Of a DNA stretch of 64,000 nt, positions 56,250 to 64,000 are shown in pieces. Source of the DNA: the human T2T-CHM13v2.0 reference genome, Homo sapiens. How positions within the stretch are numbered: position 1 is the first letter of the stretch; each line of letters begins with the position of its first letter. The position numbers were made by a program, and so were the translations under genes. The stretch lies in assembly GCF_009914755.1 (NCBI RefSeq), contig NC_060929.1; one strand, given 5' to 3'. Under the pieces are notes generated by a model. It did no database searches. It had not been told where the DNA came from and worked only from the letters and a program-made list of their open reading frames with translations.

Positions 56250-57150
56250 TATTTTTTCAGTAATTCGGAGAGGGGATGGGGGCGGAAAGTACGCAGCATT
56301 TGAACGACGGTAGCGGAGAGAGAGTAAGAAAATGTATATTCTTTTAAGTTGCGGCCCAGTAAGACAACTCCACCTTAAAGAGCTGATATGCCTTCCATTA
56401 GGGGCGAGGTCGTGGGAGTTGTGGTTCCATAAGCGGTCTAAAATATCAATAACAACAAAGATGATTTTTCACCTTAGGACTGGGCTTTACAGCTGACAAG
56501 GCGACTGCTTCCTTGCAAAATAAGGCCTGCGGCCTGCCAGGAAAAAGTGCAGAATCTGGAAGGTCGCGCCTGAGGTGCAGGGGACCGCGTCAGGGCAAGG
56601 GCTTGAATGAGAGCGAGGGTCTGAGCGAAAGGACCAGGGCGCGGCGCCGAAAGACGGCAACAAGCCCATTTGCACGGGTGTGGAGAGAAGCTGAACACTG
56701 TGCCACGGGCCTGGGTCACTCACCAAACTCTGAGGCTGCGCTGGCGGCAAAGGCAGTAGCTTCACTAATCCCAAACAACCCCCAAACTCTGTTTCAGACC
56801 CTGAACCAGCCCCGTTGCTACGTGTCACAGGGCCAAAGAACGGCTTCCGGGGCACGCCCGCTCGCGCAGGCGTGTTAGCAGGTTGGGCACCGGTGGGCGG
56901 GAGGAGGAGACACGAGTATGGAGCTTGCGCAGTATCTACCCAACCTGCGGCTGGCCCGTGCCAAAGAGGAAAGTGCTTCCGGCAGCCTGGTTAGGGGTGG
57001 AACCAGGAAAGCGCAGGCGTAGCAATTGCTGCTTACTCGTAGGTAGGAGGAGGAGTTTCTCAGACCTAGGTGATGGAGGAAGACTGGGAGGCGCTAAAAT
57101 GAGACAGACGGAGTCCCCTCTCCTGTCCACAAACTACAATGCCTACAATG
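56250..57150. promoter_or_regulatory. CpG-rich bidirectional promoter of YIPF5 (-) and KCTD16 (+)
   Basis: Only CpG-dense non-Alu stretch in the window; ETS sites CTTCCGG at 56844 and 56976; NRF1-like GCGCAGGCG at 56864 and 57011; no obvious TATA box. Confidence 0.85.
56724..56850 (-). other. YIPF5: YIPF5 non-coding exon 1 (5' end approximate)
   Basis: Strong donor TTG|GTGAGT at 56724/56723 inside the CpG-rich region; no ATG in the exon. Confidence 0.8.
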
Positions 57151-57198
57151 CCTCGGTGTCAGCATTTACTGTGATTCAAGCACTGTGCTAAAGTGTTT
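57062..57198 (+). other. KCTD16: KCTD16 non-coding exon 1 (start approximate)
   Basis: Donor TTT|GTATGT at 57198/57199; gene identity comes from the known head-to-head YIPF5/KCTD16 arrangement, as no KCTD16 coding sequence lies in the window. Confidence 0.6.
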
Positions 57199-57272
57199 GT
57201 ATGTATTATTTAATCTTTACAACCTAATGAGATGGTTACCCTATTTCCCTTTTGTAAGTGAAGCTATTAAGT
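57160..57272 (-). mobile_element. MIR overlapping the KCTD16 exon 1 donor
   Basis: AAGCACTGTGCTAAAGTGTTTGTATGTATTATTTAATCTTTACAACCTAATGAGATGGTTAC...CCCTTTTGTAAGTGAAG resembles reverse MIR. Confidence 0.65.
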
Positions 57273-57634
57273 ATTCATTCATTCTGTGCTAGCTGCTGGG
57301 GATACTGTGGTAAATATAAGCTAGGTGACATCTACCCACCTGGAGTTGGTGGTGGAGAGGGGTAATCGAACACATACAAATGCATGTGAAATTGCTACTA
57401 ATATTCTTTAGTGTTCCATAATTCTTTGAAAGAGTAACATTCATCTGGGAAGAAGAGTCTGTAAAGCCACTATAAGAGGGTTATCAAAGGGTGAGTGGGA
57501 GTTAGAGAAGACCAGAAAAGAGAAGAAAGGGCAACGGGAAAGGAGGATAAGGGAAAATAGCCTGAATATTTTAGGCAAAGAGAACAATGTGTGCAAGATC
57601 TGGGAAGCATGGTCTGAGGAAAGATGAAAATCGA

Positions 57635-57878
57635 GCTCTGAACTTCAGCATTATTAACATTTTGAGTCAGGATGTTTCTTTATTGGGGGCTGCCCTGTGC
57701 ATGATGCTTAGCAGTAGCATCCCTAATCTCTAGCCATTAGATGCCAGTACTCCCCCCAACCAACCACCACCACCATCACCACCAAGTTGTGACAGCTAAA
57801 AATCTCTCCAGACATTGCCAAATCCAAATGTCCTTGGGGGCGGTGGGGGCAACATTAGCTGAATTTGTCAACCACTCT
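57635..57878. mobile_element. MER20 DNA transposon
   Basis: GGGGGCTGCCCTGTGCAT...CCATTAGATGCCAGTA...AAGTTGTGACAGCTAAAAATCTCTCCAGACATTGCCAAA. Confidence 0.8.
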
Positions 57879-58451
57879 TCTAAGTGGAACCTGAGTGACT
57901 GGAACAGCAAGTGAGGGGAGCCACATAGGAGTTGAGGCTGGAATAACAGGAAGGGGCCAGGAAATATCCTGTGGGATTTGTGTGTTGGTTCTAAAAGAAG
58001 TGAAGATTGTGAACTGATGAGTGATGTTTAAATTGTTTTCTTTTGAAAATGATTGCTTTGGCTCCTGTGTTAAATCACTTTCCCAAGATGGTGGAATCCC
58101 GAATATTGTGACTCGAAATAAGATGCTATTAACTAATGAGCAGAACTTTCTTCAGGGTTTATAGCAATAAAATTTATCATGAGCCACTGCATTATATTCT
58201 GGGATCAAAATCCTGAGGCCCTCACAAAAGAAGCCAGACCATTGTTGGGGACTAGTTTCCAAAGGAACAATAAAATTTCACTTAAAACTTTTCTCTCAAC
58301 ACCCCCCACCCCAATAAAACAAACAGAAAACGCACTCCCCTCCAAACAAAAATAGCAACAACAAAAGGATGTAAGACCCAACCAAAAAACCTAGGATTGT
58401 ACTCTAGAGACCAACAGGCAGCTGCCCTTTGAGGTTTTTACCCATTAGCGA

Positions 58452-58720
58452 ATTTATTTGTTTTATTTTTGTGGATACATCATAGTTGTACATATTTATG
58501 AGATAAATGTGACATTTTGATACAAGCATACAATGTGTAATAATGAAATCTGGGTAATTGAGATATATCTGTCGCCTCAGACATTTGTCATTGCTTTGTG
58601 TAGAGAAAATTATAAATCTACTCCTAGTTATTTTGAACTATACAATAAATTATTGTTAACTATAGCTACCCTATTTTGCCACTGAACACTAGATTTTTGT
58701 GCTTTCTAACTATATTTTTG
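58452..58720 (-). mobile_element. L1MA 3'-end fragment
   Basis: TAGTTGTACATATTTATG...TTTTGATACAAGCATACAATGTGTAAT...TACAATAAATTATTGTTAACTATAG. Confidence 0.8.
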
Positions 58721-59170
58721 AATTTCTGAAATTGCTCATTCAAGTGTTCACCACCTTTCATCAATCATTTTAGCATTTATTGGTTTAGGTATCATCTGCA
58801 CAACTTCAGGTAGAATGACCACATATTATGATTTGCTGGAGACAATTCCATTGTCCCATTTTCTGCCTATTTTTACTTACCCTCAGCATAATTATTAATG
58901 TTGCTCCCTTTTACTCTCAAAAATATCCTAATTCAGTTGATAAACTTTGTGATTGTACTTTCTTTAAGCTACATTATCCATGAAGCTGTGTTTCGAGTCA
59001 TCAATAAGATGCAATAATCCATCATTATCTATTTAATTAATCTTATGGTTAAAAAAATTCTAGTCTCTTTTGTTTTTTTCTGATGTTTCTATTTCTTCTG
59101 AATCAAAAAGGATATCCCTTTCAAATTTGAATGAGCTACAAGAATATGAGCATTAAAAATTGCTGATTTA

Positions 59171-59820
59171 GATGCTGGCGAGGTTTTAGAGAAAAAGGAA
59201 TGCGTATACACTGTTAGTGAGAGTGTAAATTAGTTCAGCCATTATGGAGGACAGTGTGGCGAATCCTCAAAGACCTAAAGACAGAAATACCATTCGACCC
59301 AGCAATCCCATTACTGGGAATACACCCAAAAGGATATAAATCAGTCTATCATAACTACGCATGCATGTGTATGTTCATTGCAGCACTATTCACAGTAGCA
59401 AAGACATGGAAGCAACTTAAATGTCCATCCATCATAGACTGGATAAAGAAAATGTGACACATATACACCATGAAATATTATACAGCCATAAAAAGTAGAA
59501 TGAGGTAATGTCCTTTGCAGGGACATAGATGGAGCTGCAGGACATTATCCTTAGCAAACTAATGCAGGAACAGAAAACCAGATACCACATATTCTCCTTA
59601 TAAGTATGAGCTAAATAATGAGAACACATGGACACATAGAGGGGAGCAACACACAGTGGGGCATATTGGAGGGAGGAGGGAGAGAATCAGGAAAAATAAC
59701 TAATAGATACTAGGCTTAATACCTGGGTGATGAAATAATCTGTACAACAAACCCCCATGATACAAGTTTATCTATGTAACAAACCTGCACCTGTACCCCT
59801 GAACTTAAAATTTAAAAAAT
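59171..59820 (+). mobile_element. 5'-truncated older L1PA (ORF2 end and 3' UTR)
   Basis: GATGCTGGCGAGG...GAAATACCATTCGACCCAGCAATCCCATTACTGGG...TGTACCCCTGAACTTAAAA; degenerate TSD AAAAATTGCTGATTTA / AAAAATTTGCCTGTTTA. Confidence 0.92.
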
Positions 59821-60495
59821 TTGCCTGTTTAGGAATGAATTATTAGATATAGATATTATTCAAATTCTACTTCTGTCTCTGAAAGCAATTAACGTATTTA
59901 TTTAAATTTTCCCCTTTGAATTTCTGCTCCAATTGAGAAGCCAAGCAAGAACATTGAGTTACCTGATTAAGTTTTGCATATTGTTTATTTGACTTTGAAA
60001 TGTAAGCCAAGGTATCCTGCTGATGCCCCTTAGAAATTTTGAGAACATCCACTAATTTCATGGCTAGTCACGTAGGAATTTCTTTTTGGATTTTTTTTTT
60101 TTTTTTGGCATTGCTCCCTCACTCTGGGATAGGCTCCAGAAAGTTATATTAAAGGAGACTGGAGTACTTGGTAAATGTGCCGTCCTCTGTTAAAGTCACC
60201 CAGCTGGCTTTATTAGGAGTAGAAAGCCTCACCCTAGGTCAAGAGATGAGGCAACATGAGCTAGACTTGTAATAGCTGCGCAGTCCTTCCCTGGGACCTA
60301 ATGTATCCATCACCAAAACAAAAAGGGAAAGGACATCCTAATAATGAGTAATATCATTTAGTTAGACAGTCATGTTAGTATACACACTAACACTTTTACA
60401 TGCTTCACAAACACACGCAAAACAACTCCATTTTCTTAGTATGGCTCTGAAACTAAGATATTTTAGAGTTACTTTCTTTCCCTTCTGTTTTTCAG

Positions 60496-60661
60496 TTCAT
60501 ATGTCATGAAAAGTTGTGCCAGAAAATTATGGTTTGAACATGGGCAGTTTTCTCCTACCGTCAGCTATATCCACAAGCATCACATGAAGTGGAGATCTGG
60601 CAGCTCTGTGTATTTCAGTCAAGTTCCACAATGAAACCTGACAATAATGGTAAAAACCAAT
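60496..60661 (+). other. KCTD16: KCTD16 non-coding exon 2 (166 nt)
   Basis: Long polypyrimidine tract and acceptor CTTTCTTTCCCTTCTGTTTTTCAG|, donor AAT|GTAAGT; identity from locus knowledge. Confidence 0.7.
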
Positions 60662-62578
60662 GTAAGTGCCAGTGTTTGTTTTTACTCTCCCTATATATTA
60701 ACTATGTAACCTCTTTTCCCAAATATGACAATTATATTTCCTCCAAATTATCTTTTTTCCCCTACCAAAGAGTTTCCTCATCAAGTCTCCTGTACTAGGT
60801 TATTCAAATTCTGCTTCTTTTGTTTCAATTATTTTACTTTGAACGATGAATAGTTTTGGGAAGACAGGTTTGCCCGTAATGGCATTGGATGCTTTTGTAC
60901 AGAACTGGTTTTTAAAAGGCAAAGAAATTTAACCCCAATTTTATAACTATTCCTGGAAGCTTGACTTCAGTATTGCAAGTGCTGCATGTTGTTAAAAATA
61001 AGTCTTTTAAAGATAACATATAAGCAATATTGTAAATACTGTAAATATTTTCATTGTAGAGATCAAAAATACCCTCTTCAGTAACAAACCTTTCTAATGT
61101 CAGGTGAATGGCTATTGTGGCTTGGAATATGAATTTCAGTGAAAGCACTGAAGCACTGAAGTCTGTATTTCAAATAATTTGGGTAGTAGGGGAGATAATA
61201 TGAAAAACAGCACGGGAGAACTCAAAGTGGGCTCTAATGATGGCAAAGCCACTCATGCCAAAGGTAAAAATGAAGCATTTGAAAAATATGACAGCTAACA
61301 CCTATTTATACTTCAAGAATTTGTGTGCCAAGCATTTCTTTAAGCACTTTGCACTTTTTAACTCAATTACTCCTCCTCCTGACAACCCAATGAGGTAGGT
61401 GCCATGTAATGCCCATTTGACACATGAGGAAATTGAAACAGAGTAAGTAATTTGTTAAACATTATTATGGTAGAAAATAGTAGACTAGACATTTTGAACT
61501 TGTTCCTGAGTCCTTATGCTAAAGCAGTAGGCTGTATTGTTATTGTGTTATGAAATGTGAATGAAGAAAAGTCAATAATTCTGATTAATATACTAATTTA
61601 TCTAAAATGCGATTACTGAAATCCATATAAATTAAAATTGCAACTAGACATTTGATAATTGCATCTGTGTCTCCACATGTATATATATTCAAGTTGATAA
61701 AAATATTTTCTGTAATCTTCTCATTGGGCAAATAATATTTAAACCTTATGTTTAAGTTTATGTTACATTAGTCATGTATGTTAATTGATATTGCATAGTA
61801 GTTAAGGGTAGAGGCCCTGGAGCCAGACTGCATGGATTTACATTCTGTACTACTTACTTGCCATGGAGCTTCAGTAATTTATTTAAACTCTTTGTGCCTC
61901 ACTTTTCTCATCTGTAAAAGCAAGATAGGAGTATTCATTGCTAGAAGGGTTGTATGATATAATGTATTCAAGTATAAGTGTCTAAGTACTAAGTATTCCA
62001 TAAATATTTGCAATAATTATTGATGAATCTATGTAGCTACAGAAGCAATATGATTTCTTCAGGAAAAATTGTCTTTTTAAAAGCTATAAGGATTAGGTTT
62101 GAACAAGCTAACTACTTCTAAGATCAATTATAAACATTCACTCTATTGTTTCCCCTGCAGATTCTGTATTATATTATAATTTGCTTTTTGATATGGTGGA
62201 GTGTATTAAAATATGCTTTTTTATCTCTGTCCAAGATCTTTCAAATTTGGCTTGTCTGCATTGTAAATTTTAGTCTCATAAGTATTGTCTTAAGAACCGC
62301 CTATATTTAGGGCAATTATACTTGAAAATTGTGAACAGTGCTTCTCATATTCGATTTTCTTGATATGTTTCATCTTATTTCAAATACTATGAAAAGTGTC
62401 CATCTTTCTGCCTTCCCTTTCTCTCCTCTCTTCCCCTAAAACACAGAATTTATCAGGAGACAGAGCATAAGATGATTTATATTGTGGAAAATATATTTAT
62501 TGGCAAAGAAAGAAAAAGGCAGTGTCCCAGGCAAATGAAATAATAGCCATAACAATTTTTAAAGATATAGTGTTTCTT

Positions 62579-62890
<312 letters not shown>

Positions 62891-63029
62891 AAGATATAGT
62901 GTTTCTTAAAATCATAGATGTGTCAGATTTTATTATACTCAACAAGAGAACAGCTTAAAAATTACTGCAAGCGTGATATATTATGGTTTAGGTTCTCTAG
63001 GCAGTATACTTTTTCTATTTTTCTGTTAG

Positions 63030-63340
63030 AATTCTTCCTGACCATATCTGTTGTCCATTTTTATGTGGTTATTTGTTTTTCTTGTCGATTTAAGTTCCTT
63101 ATAGATTCTGGTTACTAAATCTTTGTAACCAGATGCATACTTTGGATGCATACTTTGTAAATGTTTTCTCTTATTTTGTAGGTTGTTTACTTTTGCTGTG
63201 CAGAAGCGCTTTAGTTTAATTAGGTCCCACTTGTCAATTTTTTGTTGTTGTTGTTGCAATTGCTTTTGGGGACCTACATCAAAAACTCTTTGCCAGGACC
63301 AGTGTTGAGAAGGGTATTTTCTGGGTTTTCTTCCAGAATT
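63030..63340 (-). mobile_element. L1 ORF2 fragment
   Basis: TTTTGCTGTGCAGAAGCGCTTTAGTTTAATTAGGTCCCACTTGTC; the ORF track shows L1 peptide KIDKWDLIKLKRFCTAK. Confidence 0.85.
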
Positions 63341-63547
63341 AAAAAAAGAAGAAGAATTCCTCACAACTCTCTCAATTAGAGTTATTTTAAAGAAGGTTAA
63401 TGCTTGAACCACAGTAACTGTCATGCTGTCATATCTGTATATCATTGTAATTTGTGCAGAAATTATTGGTAAGAAGGAACATTATACTGCTGTTGAGGAA
63501 TGGAAGGGATGAGACTAAAGTGATGGTTTGAAAAAATAGAATTCAGA

Positions 63548-64000
63548 CTGGATTAGTTTCCTAGGGATGCTGTAACAAAGTACCACAAACTGGGTGGCCT
63601 ACATAAATGAAATTTATTGTCTTAGAGTTCTGGAGGTTAGAAACCTGAAATCAAGGTTTTGGCAAGGCTTTTTCCTTCTCAGGGCTGTGAGGGTGAATCT
63701 GCTCCGTACCTCTTTTGCAGCTTCTGGTGCTTTGAAAGCAATCTTTGACATTCCTTAGCTTGTAGATGCATCAGTCCAATCTCTGCCTTCACCTTGACAT
63801 GGTCTTCGCATAGTCTTCTCTCTGTGTATGCCTGTCTCTGTGTCCACATTTCCCTTTTTTAAGAGCACGAGTCATGTTGGTTTAGCACCTACCCAGATGA
63901 CCTCATTTTAATTTGATTATCTCTGTAAAGATCTTATTTTCAAATAAGGTCACATTCTGATGTCCTGGGAGTAAGGACTTCAATATGTCTTTTGGGGGGA
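63548..64000 (-). mobile_element. MaLR LTR (MLT1B/C-like), runs to the window edge
   Basis: TTAGTTTCCTAGGGATGCTGTAACAAAGTACCACAAACTGGGTGGC...CAAATAAGGTCACATTCTGA. Confidence 0.85.

Noticed and set aside
56474-57191. 64-122 aa ORFs across the CpG-rich region
   Set aside because: GC-rich sequence is stop-poor; only the ATG-initiated 57099-57191 part is kept, as a uORF

Overview
Human genomic DNA: an AluYb8 insertion, a human-specific subfamily, fixes the species, and the gene pair fits 5q31.3 from memory. The right third holds the complete YIPF5 (Yip1A) gene on the minus strand. It has a non-coding exon 1 and five coding exons that I spliced by hand (110+173+146+182+163 = 774 nt, 257 aa), plus a ~2.2 kb 3' UTR carrying an AluY. 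A CpG-rich bidirectional promoter (~56.25-57.15 kb) sits head-to-head with two non-coding 5' exons I assign to KCTD16 on the plus strand. The left ~44 kb is intergenic and rich in repeats (L1, L2, MIR, Alu, MaLR/ERV LTRs, DNA transposons, a 7SL pseudogene). I found no new gene system. The most notable structures are scars of genome change: (1) a 379-bp identical copy placed 2.56 kb from its donor, with a fold-back junction scar; (2) a tail-less 7SL retrocopy inside an MLT1 LTR inside an L2; (3) an apparently internally primed L1 fragment; (4) a poly(A)-only insertion; (5) a uORF-dense KCTD16 leader whose first splice donor comes from a MIR. Repeat subfamily names and boundaries are by-eye and approximate.
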